Shown here: positions 38,944 through 47,874 of the stretch, piece by piece | Position numbering within the stretch: position 1 is the first letter of the stretch | Layout: every line of letters starts with the position of its first letter | Origin: Campylobacterales bacterium | Lineage (GTDB): Bacteria; Campylobacterota; Campylobacteria; Campylobacterales; Sulfurimonadaceae | Assembly: GCA_016938595.1 (NCBI GenBank) | Contig: JAFGUJ010000020.1 | Coordinates: 17,140 to 81,139 of the forward strand | Direction: 5' to 3' | DNA: 64,000 bases | Made by a program: the position numbers and the translations under genes | Notes under the pieces: generated by a model | What the model saw: only the letters and a program-made list of their open reading frames with translations | Database searches by the model: none | What the model was told of the DNA's origin: nothing

Positions 38944-39801
38944 TTAATATCCCGTCAGGTTGTACCAGACACGGTAACGGATCAGCGTTTTTTGTTGGGG
39001 GCGGGGATATTTGGCGTAGGCGAGTTCGATCACTTCTTTGGTCGTATCGTCCAGAATCGAGAGGCGGCTGTTTTTCAGAAAACGGATGTCGGAGATGCTT
39101 CCGTCGGGGTGGAGATAAAACTCGATCATGTTGGTGTCGTTGACCCGGACACTGTCGGGGATGCGGCTGCGGCCATAGCGATCCAGGACCCCCTGGGTGA
39201 TGCGGCGCATGATCTCCTGGTTGTCCAGGATGTATTTTTGCTCCCCTTCGGAGAGTTCACTGAATTTGTCGCCGTAGAGGCGCTGGATGCTCTCCGTTAC
39301 CTGGGTAGTGCTTTTGAGCGGTTTTTCCTGTGCCGAGGGATCGGCTTTGGAGAGGATGTCGTAGAGTCCGGTCTCTTTTTTGGGCTGGGGTTCCCTCTCG
39401 ATTGTTGCGACGGTTTTGGCAACGTGGCGCACGAACGCTTTTTTCGGTTCGGGGACGGGTTCGGATGCCGCCGGCGAGGGCTGGGATACCGGTTCAGACT
39501 TGGGGACTGCCGCAGGTGCGGGTACCGGCCTGGGTGCCGAAGGCTGGAGCATCTGTTCGCCGCGGGGAATGGAACGTGTCGGTTCGGGTACGGGAATCTC
39601 GTTTTTCACGAGGGACTCTTTGGGAACCTCGGGGCGTTCTTTTATTGAGAGGCGGAACCGTTCCTCTTCCGGCGGAGTGTCGTCGGGTTTGGGAGGGACA
39701 GGGGCTAATTGGTTTAAAAGAATCAGCATGAGAATAAGGATGAGGTGAACCAAAAAGGCGATGATAAAGGCGTAAAGAGAAAAAGATTCGGTTCGTTTCA
39801 T
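38944..39801 (-). CDS. TonB-like energy transducer (paralog 2)
   Basis: His-containing TM anchor, Pro-rich linker, same C-terminal domain as paralog 1. Confidence 0.72.
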   Translation of the reverse strand: MKRTESFSLYAFIIAFLVHLILILMLILLNQLAPVPPKPDDTPPEEERFRLSIKERPEVPKESLVKNEIPVPEPTRSIPRGEQMLQPSAPRPVPAPAAVPKSEPVSQPSPAASEPVPEPKKAFVRHVAKTVATIEREPQPKKETGLYDILSKADPSAQEKPLKSTTQVTESIQRLYGDKFSELSEGEQKYILDNQEIMRRITQGVLDRYGRSRIPDSVRVNDTNMIEFYLHPDGSISDIRFLKNSRLSILDDTTKEVIELAYAKYPRPQQKTLIRYRVWYNLTGY

Positions 39802-39966
39802 AAGGGTGCATTCTACCTTGATTTTCTTAATGGAGGGAGAAACTTTAATCAGTTGGGAACCATTTTTAGGGTCAGATTTCAAAAGAGCAAGATTATGCCG
39901 ATTTAAGAGGAGAGTTTTATCCGTTAACAAATGTTTGCTAATATTCCGTATCAAAAAGGAGTGAAT

Positions 39967-40287
39967 ATGAGACCGATCGTTTATATTCTTTTGCTGGCCG
40001 TTGCCGCACTTGTCTTTAAAGCTTTTTTTCTGGATGCCTATCTGGCAGAGAGAAAATCGGCGGAATCAAACGCCGTCGAGACAAACGTAAGTATCGCAGA
40101 AAAAGCGGAAGAATCTTTTTCTAAACCTGTTCCAAATCTCAAATCAAGCGGCATTTATACGGGAGAACAGAATGTCACGATTGTTAAATCTAAACCCTCC
40201 TATAGTGAAATGCCTCTCGAAAAAGTGGGAGATACGATCGCGGAGAAACTCGAAAGCCAAATACGGGTAGATGAGAACGGGAAATAA
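39967..40287 (+). CDS. Small membrane-anchored hypothetical protein
   Basis: AAGGAG RBS and N-terminal TM helix. Confidence 0.6.
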   Translation: MRPIVYILLLAVAALVFKAFFLDAYLAERKSAESNAVETNVSIAEKAEESFSKPVPNLKSSGIYTGEQNVTIVKSKPSYSEMPLEKVGDTIAEKLESQIRVDENGK

Positions 40288-40289
40288 TC

Positions 40290-41171
40290 CTATTTCGACC
40301 GCGTCAACATCATCCCGCTGAGAATGACCAGTGCCCCTCCGGCAAGGACGGCGGGGGCAGGTAACGTATCCCCCAAAACAATCCCGAACAGCGTCGCGAA
40401 GACGACGACCGAATAGCTGACCGTACTCACCAGACCCGCTTTGGCGTAAAAATAGGCACGTGTCATCAGTATCTGCCCCCATGCCGCCGCCAGCCCCATT
40501 AATACGATCCATATCCAGTCGATCCCCTCGGGAATGACGAAAGGGCTCAGGGCGAACGCCAGTAGCTCGGACGTATAGTACTCCGCAACGATCATCAGGA
40601 AAAGAGGGATAACAACCCCGGCGATCATAAACGAGAGGACGACGGTGCGGGCGTCGTAATGGGCCTTGAGGCTTCGGACGCTCGTGTAGGCCAGTGCCGA
40701 GAGAAATCCTGTCAGTATCCCCATCACATGCAGATAATCCCATGTCATTCCGCTCAGTACCGCCACCCCGGCAAACCCGATGAGGATCGCGATAACGGCG
40801 CTGAAACGGAGTTTTTCGTTCAGAAGGTAAAATGCGAGGATGGCGGTGAAGATCGGCTCGGTCTTGGCATACACGATCGCATTGGAGAGGGACGTCGCGC
40901 TGACGCTATAAAAAAAGACCAGGAGCGCTACCGTCCCGATAACGCCGCGGAAGATGAGGGTAAAGGGACGCCCTCCGGTATTTTTTATTGGTGTGTGGAA
41001 GAGGGTCAGTAGGAGGACGATCAAGCCGACGGCGTTGCGCCAAAAAGTCACTTCCACCGACCCCATGGAGTGTGAGAGGAGTTTCGCAAAAGCCAGCGTC
41101 AGGGCAAATAAAAACGACGCGCCAAGCATATAGAGAATGCCTCGGCGGGTATCGGAAGGGTGGACAATCAT
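40290..41171 (-). CDS. EamA/DMT family transporter
   Basis: Ten TM helices, two EamA repeats (P.FT.ILA..LL.EK). Confidence 0.9.
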   Translation of the reverse strand: MIVHPSDTRRGILYMLGASFLFALTLAFAKLLSHSMGSVEVTFWRNAVGLIVLLLTLFHTPIKNTGGRPFTLIFRGVIGTVALLVFFYSVSATSLSNAIVYAKTEPIFTAILAFYLLNEKLRFSAVIAILIGFAGVAVLSGMTWDYLHVMGILTGFLSALAYTSVRSLKAHYDARTVVLSFMIAGVVIPLFLMIVAEYYTSELLAFALSPFVIPEGIDWIWIVLMGLAAAWGQILMTRAYFYAKAGLVSTVSYSVVVFATLFGIVLGDTLPAPAVLAGGALVILSGMMLTRSK

Positions 41172-41249
41172 GGGCGTGATTGTACCAGAAACAGATCAGA
41201 TGTGTCTGCTGTACAATGGGGTATTACAGGATCCCGCGTTGACGTTCTT

Positions 41250-42119
41250 TCAGAGTAAAATGATTTGTGAATCTGTGGCCTGCCGCAACGCTTTTTGCGC
41301 GCGGTCGATGATCCCGGTAATGTTTTCTTTCTCCTGCTGTACCGACGTTCCCAGCCTCATGCTGATCGTAACGAGGTTTTCAAACGGTTCCTGGCGCATC
41401 ACGCTCATGAGTTTATGACTGAAACGCAATGCATTCTCGGAGGTGTCGACAAGGTAGGCGAGGAGAAATACCTTTTTCCCCCACCGCACCAGCATATCGC
41501 TTTGACGGATGTTGCTTTTGATGCTTGAGGTGAAATCGCGCACGTACCGTTCGGCTTCGGCATCTGTCGACATCAGCTCCACCATCGTAATACCGATCGA
41601 TTTTTTATTGAATTCCGCTGCGTCGTGAAAGCTTTTCGACGTATGGATAAAATAGTCCTGGTTGTAGGCCCCGCTTTCCTTGTCGATATTGACGTGATTT
41701 TCGATCATGATCCTTTTGATCAAATCCTGGGAGATGTCACTGAATGAAATAATCGTATAGTCGGGCACCGGCGCATCGATCGTCACTAAAAAAGCGTACG
41801 GATCGGCACGGCAGTCGATCATGCTTACAATCCGATCTTCTGCCGGAAGTTCTTGCAACGCTGTCGTCCATTCGTCCGGATTGTCTGCCTTGCCGGCATG
41901 AAAATAGGAGTCATGGGGAACGAAGCGGTTGACCAAAGCGCCGAATTCCCGTAGAAACTCTTTGGGGGTGGCCATACCGGTGAATGTCTGAAAGGAGCGG
42001 TTGAAAAGGATGGGGATGTTTTGCTGCATGACGACAATCAGATTTTTCTGGGTATCGATGACAGACTGCAAAAGCAGATGGCACTCCTCTCCCAAACCGG
42101 GTACACCGTTAGCATTCAT
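41250..42119 (-). CDS. Degenerate GGDEF-domain protein
   Basis: DKESGAYN and IRQSDMLVRWGKKVF in place of GGDEF; start codon uncertain. Confidence 0.65.
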   Translation of the reverse strand: MNANGVPGLGEECHLLLQSVIDTQKNLIVVMQQNIPILFNRSFQTFTGMATPKEFLREFGALVNRFVPHDSYFHAGKADNPDEWTTALQELPAEDRIVSMIDCRADPYAFLVTIDAPVPDYTIISFSDISQDLIKRIMIENHVNIDKESGAYNQDYFIHTSKSFHDAAEFNKKSIGITMVELMSTDAEAERYVRDFTSSIKSNIRQSDMLVRWGKKVFLLAYLVDTSENALRFSHKLMSVMRQEPFENLVTISMRLGTSVQQEKENITGIIDRAQKALRQATDSQIILL

Positions 42120-42334
42120 TGAAGACAATCCCACTTTCAACCCCTGAAGCAAAGTACGTAATCATATCACAAATCTCTTTCCTTCTTCAAAAACTCTTTC
42201 TGGCTTCTAATTCTTTTTTTTACAGTCATATTCAGTTGGAGGGCGTACGATTTAAGTATGATTTTTGATTATAATAGTTTGTCAACAGCTATGGCGATTT
42301 TAAATAATAATTAAGATCTTAAAAAGGATCGGAA

Positions 42335-44434
42335 ATGGTGTTTGCCAAGAACATGACATTGCTTAAACGTGTCGTATTCTGGGTATTGGCTATTTCTTTT
42401 GTCATGTTTATCGTTTTGGCGTATATCGGATTTGAAATACGCGACACGATACGCCATAACGGTTTGGTGCGGGTTCAAAACCTCCTGGAGCACAAGCTTC
42501 AAACGATCGACACCTATATCGAGCAGCGCTATGCAGCGCTCGAGGGGCTCAAACATCTCGTCCGTTTCGCGTCACGTCACCATCGTGTCTTTGAAGAGAG
42601 TTTTTGGCGTCATTCACCGGAACTGATGGAGGCGGACCTCTCCTATTTCGCTGCGCAGAACGGTTTTTATGATCTTTTTATCGTTACCTTGAACGGTGAT
42701 ATCATCCATTCGGTCAAAAAAGAGAGCGACCTTCATACCAATCTTTTGGACGGCACATACCGCGATACCGAACTGGCCAGGGTTGTTACGAATGCGCTCG
42801 TCAACGGAGGATCGTATATCTCCGATTTCTCCCATTATGCGCCCAGCGGGGATTACGCGGCCTTTGTCGCCGAACCGGTATTCAGCAACGGTGAAATGAT
42901 CGGTGTCGTAGCGGCGCAAATCGATAACAAAATCCTGCAATCGGTCATCGATGATGCTTCCGAACTGGGGAAAACGGGGGAAGTCATTGCCGCGGTTGTC
43001 CGCAACGGGAAAGTCCTGACGATGGCCCCTGTGCGCAATACACGGATCAAGGCTTTTGAACGGCTCGATTACAACCAGATGACTCCGATCCTTGAATCGG
43101 CCGGTGGAGGAGAAGGGCTGCAATACATGCATGACCGGGCCGGGCACAATGCGGCCGTTGCGTGGGCGTACCAGGAAGATTTGCGATGGGGAATCGTCAT
43201 CTCCATCAACGAGAACGAGCTTCTGAGCGAATGGTACCAGCGGATCACCTCGATGGCTCTGTTGTTTTTGATTGGAGTGGGAGTCGTTGTCGGGATGATC
43301 ATAGTGGCATTCCGATCCTTTGCACAGCCGATAGAGGAATTGACGCAATACGCCCTGATGATGTCTCACGGGAATTATAAGGTCAGGATCAATAGTGAGC
43401 AATACGACAGCGAATGGCAGGTGCTGACGCGGGTGTTTCAGCAAATGGCGGCAGACATCAAGGACAAAATGGATCAGCTGAACGAACAAAACCGCTTGCT
43501 CGCAATGCACAAAGGCGAAATCGAAGAGCTGAACCAGAAACTCGAAACCAAGATAAAAATCAAATCGCAGAAAATGAAAGAGTACATCAATGTCATCGAC
43601 CAGTATGTGATCGCATCGCAGACCGATCATAACGGAATCATCACGTACGCCTCGGACGCTTTTTGCCGCATCAGCGGCTATACCAAAGAGGAACTGATCG
43701 GCAAAAACCACCGTATCATACGCCATCCTGATATGCCTGCGGCGTTTTTTGACGACCTGTGGCAAACGATCAGTGCCGGCAGAACATGGCATGGTGAGAT
43801 CAAAAATCTAAAATCCGACGGAGGGTACTACTGGGTAGATACGACGATATCTCCCGATATGGCTCAGGGAAAAATCATCGGCTATACCGCGGTGCGCTAC
43901 GACATCACAGACAAAAAAACGATCGAGGAGCTGGCGATTACCGATTCGATGACGGGGCTTTACAACCGCCGCCATTATGTCAAGATTATAGACGAGGAAA
44001 TGAACCGTGCGAAGCGCCATGGTACGACACTGGCATTGATGATGGTGGATGTCGATTATTTTAAACGCTACAACGATACCTACGGGCATCAGGCTGGAGA
44101 TGGCATATTGCAGCAGGTTTCCGACGTTTTGAAGTCCTACACCTCCCGAAGCGGTGACTATGCGTTTCGACTGGGCGGAGAAGAATTCGGGATCGTTATC
44201 AGTAATATGAGTGCAGAGGAATACCTAACTCTCGGAAATAGGATCTGTCGTGCCGTGGAAAAGCTTGGATTGGCGCATGAACACAATGACGCTTCACCCT
44301 ATGTGACGATTTCGATGGGAATCGCAATCTATTATCCTGAATCGGGGATGAGCTGCGAGGAACTCTACAAAGAGGCCGATACCCAGCTTTACCGGGCGAA
44401 GAAGCAGGGGCGTAATCGGGTGGCCATAAAATGA
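42335..44434 (+). CDS. Cache-HAMP-PAS diguanylate cyclase
   Basis: Periplasmic Cache-like domain, HAMP, Aer-like PAS (IRHPDMP, WHGEIKN), RSGD I-site and GGEEF. Confidence 0.9.
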   Translation: MVFAKNMTLLKRVVFWVLAISFVMFIVLAYIGFEIRDTIRHNGLVRVQNLLEHKLQTIDTYIEQRYAALEGLKHLVRFASRHHRVFEESFWRHSPELMEADLSYFAAQNGFYDLFIVTLNGDIIHSVKKESDLHTNLLDGTYRDTELARVVTNALVNGGSYISDFSHYAPSGDYAAFVAEPVFSNGEMIGVVAAQIDNKILQSVIDDASELGKTGEVIAAVVRNGKVLTMAPVRNTRIKAFERLDYNQMTPILESAGGGEGLQYMHDRAGHNAAVAWAYQEDLRWGIVISINENELLSEWYQRITSMALLFLIGVGVVVGMIIVAFRSFAQPIEELTQYALMMSHGNYKVRINSEQYDSEWQVLTRVFQQMAADIKDKMDQLNEQNRLLAMHKGEIEELNQKLETKIKIKSQKMKEYINVIDQYVIASQTDHNGIITYASDAFCRISGYTKEELIGKNHRIIRHPDMPAAFFDDLWQTISAGRTWHGEIKNLKSDGGYYWVDTTISPDMAQGKIIGYTAVRYDITDKKTIEELAITDSMTGLYNRRHYVKIIDEEMNRAKRHGTTLALMMVDVDYFKRYNDTYGHQAGDGILQQVSDVLKSYTSRSGDYAFRLGGEEFGIVISNMSAEEYLTLGNRICRAVEKLGLAHEHNDASPYVTISMGIAIYYPESGMSCEELYKEADTQLYRAKKQGRNRVAIK

Positions 44435-44481
44435 ACGGATTTTTTAGATAAGGTTTGTTTTTGTGAATCTTGTAGGGTGGT

Positions 44482-44558
<77 letters not shown>

Positions 44559-44618
44559 ACGTAAAAGTTGTTGTCAAAACAGGTGTTTTTAAATATTAGA
44601 AGAAATAATATCTAGTGT

Positions 44619-44695
<77 letters not shown>

Positions 44696-44719
44696 ATCCC
44701 GAATTGTGACAGAAAAAAG

Positions 44720-44794
44720 TGGATGGGGTAGAGGGATTCGAACCCCCGGATGACTGGACCAAAACCAGTTGCCTTACCGCTTGGCGATACCCCA
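44720..44794 (-). tRNA. tRNA-Gln (TTG)
   Basis: 75-nt TGGGGTATCGCCAAGCGGTAAGGC...TTG anticodon...CCA. Confidence 0.95.
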
Positions 44795-44816
44795 ACAATC
44801 TCGTTGTGAGGCCGAA

Positions 44817-44845
44817 ATTATAGACATTTTTTTCCAATTTGTCAA
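44817..44845 (-). promoter_or_regulatory. Consensus sigma70 promoter of the tRNA operon
   Basis: TTGACA-17 bp-TATAAT on the minus strand. Confidence 0.85.
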
Positions 44846-44953
44846 GGCTGTTTCCAGTGACAGGACAAAAAAATGTGATTTTATGGTTTGTGATAGATTT
44901 TTAATCCTTTTTGCTTATAATTCCCCAACTATATTAATATAAAAGAGTTTTGT

Positions 44954-45991
44954 ATGTCAGCAGTGAAACGGGTATTGGATGCAATCGAAGAGTTTAAAAA
45001 AGGGCGTATGGTCATTATGGTGGATGACGAGGATCGGGAAAACGAAGGGGATCTGGTCTACGCTTCCGTTTTTTCGACCCCCGATCATGTCAATTTTATG
45101 GCTACCCACGCCAAAGGGCTTATCTGTGTCGCCATCAATCCCTCGATCGCCAAACGGCTGAATCTGGAGCCGATGGTCAAATCGAACACGTCGATGCACG
45201 AAACGGCGTTTACGATCTCGGTCGACGCTACGGCGGCGACAACGGGGATTTCGACTGCCGAGCGTGACATGACGATCAAGATCCTGGCCAATCCCCTTTC
45301 ACAGCCTTCCGAACTGGTTGCGCCGGGGCATATCTTTCCTCTGATCGCGAAGGAAGGGGGGACACTGGTACGGATCGGGCATACCGAGGGGTCGGTCGAT
45401 CTGTGCCGTCTGGCGGGACTGGCTGAATCGGCGGTGATCTGCGAAATCATGAAAGAGGACGGTACGATGGCGCGCCGCGATGATCTGGATGTATTTGCGG
45501 CCAAACACGGTCTTAAAACGGTCTATATCTCTGACATCGTCGAATACCGTCTGGCCAACGAGATGCTGGTCAAAGCGGTATCGGAAGAGGAGATCGAGTT
45601 TTTCGGCGTCGAGGTCAAAAAATACGAGTTCGTCGACCATCAGGAACACCGCCACACGGCGATCGTTTTTTACAAAGCGGGGGAGACGGCCAACGTCAAG
45701 GTGCACAATGTCGTCCCCGACATCGACCTGCTCCTAAACCAGAGCAAATATGCGCAGCTGATCGATTCGATCCATTATCTCAAACACAACAGCGGCGTGC
45801 TCCTGTTCATCAACAAGCCGCACCACCAGCAGGTCAATATGAAAGAGTACGGGATCGGAGCCCAGATTCTCAAAGCGTTGGGTGTCAAACACATGCGCCT
45901 CATCGCCGAATCCAAAATAGCCGATTTTTCAGGGCTCGGAGGCTTCGGTCTGGATGTGATCGAGACGATTAATCCCACGGAACAACATTAA
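44954..45991 (+). CDS. ribB: 3,4-dihydroxy-2-butanone-4-phosphate synthase with degenerate GTP cyclohydrolase II domain (RibBX-like)
   Basis: DDEDRENEGD, TGIS, PGHIFPL and GHTE motifs; C-domain has YGIGAQIL but no Zn-binding Cys. Confidence 0.88.
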   Translation: MSAVKRVLDAIEEFKKGRMVIMVDDEDRENEGDLVYASVFSTPDHVNFMATHAKGLICVAINPSIAKRLNLEPMVKSNTSMHETAFTISVDATAATTGISTAERDMTIKILANPLSQPSELVAPGHIFPLIAKEGGTLVRIGHTEGSVDLCRLAGLAESAVICEIMKEDGTMARRDDLDVFAAKHGLKTVYISDIVEYRLANEMLVKAVSEEEIEFFGVEVKKYEFVDHQEHRHTAIVFYKAGETANVKVHNVVPDIDLLLNQSKYAQLIDSIHYLKHNSGVLLFINKPHHQQVNMKEYGIGAQILKALGVKHMRLIAESKIADFSGLGGFGLDVIETINPTEQH

Positions 45992-46061
45992 CCGTTGTTA
46001 TTAATTCTTAAGTAATTTTTGTTTACAATCATTAATATTTACAAAAAATACGGAGGAATCA

Positions 46062-46808
46062 ATGGAATTTAAAACGGTTGCCAAATCGCTGCTGATGGCA
46101 GGGATGCTCAGTATGGTCGCTATCCAGTTTACGGGGTGCGGCGCAGCGCATACGGCGATTAAAAAACGGAATCTTGACGTACAGACAAAAATGTCGGAAA
46201 CCATCTTTTTGGAGCCGACGGAGCCGGAAAACCGGACGATTTTTGTGGATGTCCGCAATACGTCGGACAAGGATATCCAGGTGAAAGATTCCATCATCAA
46301 TTCATTGAAAACACGCGGTTACACGATCACGACCAGTCCTCAAAAAGCCAATTTCATGCTTCAGGCGAATATTCTTCAAGTCGGTAAAAGCGATCTGCGC
46401 TCGGCCCAGAGTGCTCTGGAGGGGGGATTCGGCGGTGCGGTTTTGGGTGCCGCGGCAGGTTATGGGATGCACAGTTCAGGCAGCAATATGGCCGTCGGGG
46501 GTCTGATCGGTGCGGCGGTCGGAGTCGTCGCCGATGCCCTCGTCGATGACACCTATTACAGCATGATCACCGACGTCCAGATCCGCGAACGCCCGCTGGC
46601 GGGTGAAGTCGTAACCCAGACTCAGGCGGCGAACATCAAACAGGGAAGCTCTACCAATGTCAACCAAAACATTAACGGGGCTAAAATCGAGTGGAAAACC
46701 TACCGTACCCGTGTCGTGAGTACGGCGAACAAAGTCAATCTGGACTTTGAAGAGGCACAGCCGGTGCTGCAGGATGCCCTCGGTAAATCGCTTTCGGGCC
46801 TCTTTTAA
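46062..46808 (+). CDS. traT: TraT surface-exclusion/complement-resistance lipoprotein
   Basis: Lipobox FTG|C, AIKKRNLDVQTKMSETIFLEP, VRNTSD, glycine zipper, TRVVSTANKVNL. Confidence 0.88.
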   Translation: MEFKTVAKSLLMAGMLSMVAIQFTGCGAAHTAIKKRNLDVQTKMSETIFLEPTEPENRTIFVDVRNTSDKDIQVKDSIINSLKTRGYTITTSPQKANFMLQANILQVGKSDLRSAQSALEGGFGGAVLGAAAGYGMHSSGSNMAVGGLIGAAVGVVADALVDDTYYSMITDVQIRERPLAGEVVTQTQAANIKQGSSTNVNQNINGAKIEWKTYRTRVVSTANKVNLDFEEAQPVLQDALGKSLSGLF

Positions 46809-47167
46809 CTCTCCTGCCCCTTCGGGGCGGATCTTGGTATTTTCTCCAACCCTTTCACAACACCCAAGCCGATCACCAATCCCACCATATCAGCGAGAAT
46901 GTCCTCCGCAGAGGCGTACCTCGTGGGCAGAAAAGCCTGCACGGTTTCGATCCAAACCCCATAAGCCAGCAAGGAGATAAAGATCCGTTTTCGGGGATGG
47001 GTATAGGCGTACGCATAGAGCAGAAACAAGACGGTAAACGCCACCGTGTGGTTGGCCAGATCGCTGTAGGATACGACCGGGGGGAGGGCACTGTAGTCGG
47101 GTAAAAAGGCGAGGATGGTGATGGCGCCCAGCGAAGCGAAAAAAGCGCTGCGGAGCAGAAGAATCAA
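46805..47167 (-). CDS. VanZ family membrane protein
   Basis: D..NH..AF, E..Q.FLP.R.AS..DI.AD..G motifs. Confidence 0.82.
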   Translation of the reverse strand: MILLLRSAFFASLGAITILAFLPDYSALPPVVSYSDLANHTVAFTVLFLLYAYAYTHPRKRIFISLLAYGVWIETVQAFLPTRYASAEDILADMVGLVIGLGVVKGLEKIPRSAPKGQES

Positions 47168-47871
47168 TGCTTCATCGCCTTGATGAATGATTCGTAGATG
47201 TTTTCGAGCTGCAGATCCTGCTCGAGGATCTCTTTGTTGTCCTGTACCATGTAATGCTCGAGGACGGCAACCCGTTTGAGGAGGTATTCGAACATCTCTT
47301 TGTTGATGTCAGGGAGTTTGTTGTGGCTGAAGGGGTCCTTGTCCCGCCCTTTTTGGATAACGTGGGCGGGGATGCCGATCGCCGTGCTGTTTTCGGGGAC
47401 GTTGCGAACGACGACCGAGTTGGCCCCGATTTTGGAGTTGGCCCCGATCGTGATGTTCCCGAGCACTTTGGCACCGGCCCCGATGACCACGCCGCTCTGG
47501 ATCGTCGGATGGCGTTTGCCGTGGACGAGGCTGACCCCTCCGAGCGTTACTCCCTGATAGATGAGGACATCGTCTTCGATGACCGTCGTTTGCCCGATAA
47601 CGACGCCGAATCCGTGGTCGATGAAGACCCGCCGTCCGATCGTAGCCCCCGGATGGATATCGATGTTGGTGATGATCTGGTTGACCCCCATCAGGAAACG
47701 GGCCAGAGAGCGGAATCCTTTGCGATAGAGGCGGTGGGAGATACGGTACCAGAAAATCGCCCAAACGCCGGGATAGTTGAAGAAAAGCTCGATTCTGGAA
47801 CTGATGGCGGGATCATTTTTGTAAACGTTCGAAAAATCTTCGGCAATCTCAGAAAACAGTCCCAAATTCAA
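47164..47871 (-). CDS. cysE: Serine O-acetyltransferase
   Basis: DPA, YPG, DIHPGATIG, FIDHG, KRHPTI and hexapeptide repeats. Confidence 0.95.
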   Translation of the reverse strand: MNLGLFSEIAEDFSNVYKNDPAISSRIELFFNYPGVWAIFWYRISHRLYRKGFRSLARFLMGVNQIITNIDIHPGATIGRRVFIDHGFGVVIGQTTVIEDDVLIYQGVTLGGVSLVHGKRHPTIQSGVVIGAGAKVLGNITIGANSKIGANSVVVRNVPENSTAIGIPAHVIQKGRDKDPFSHNKLPDINKEMFEYLLKRVAVLEHYMVQDNKEILEQDLQLENIYESFIKAMKH

Positions 47872-47874
47872 TCC

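Noticed and set aside
44954-45991. Loss of GTP cyclohydrolase II zinc ligands in the RibB fusion as a novelty
   Set aside because: RibBX-type proteins with a degenerate C-domain are already known, including in Campylobacterota.
46024-46050. traT upstream sequence CATTAATATTTACA resembling the tad operator
   Set aside because: It shares only the AT-rich core and lacks both ATCACA hexamers; likely chance.
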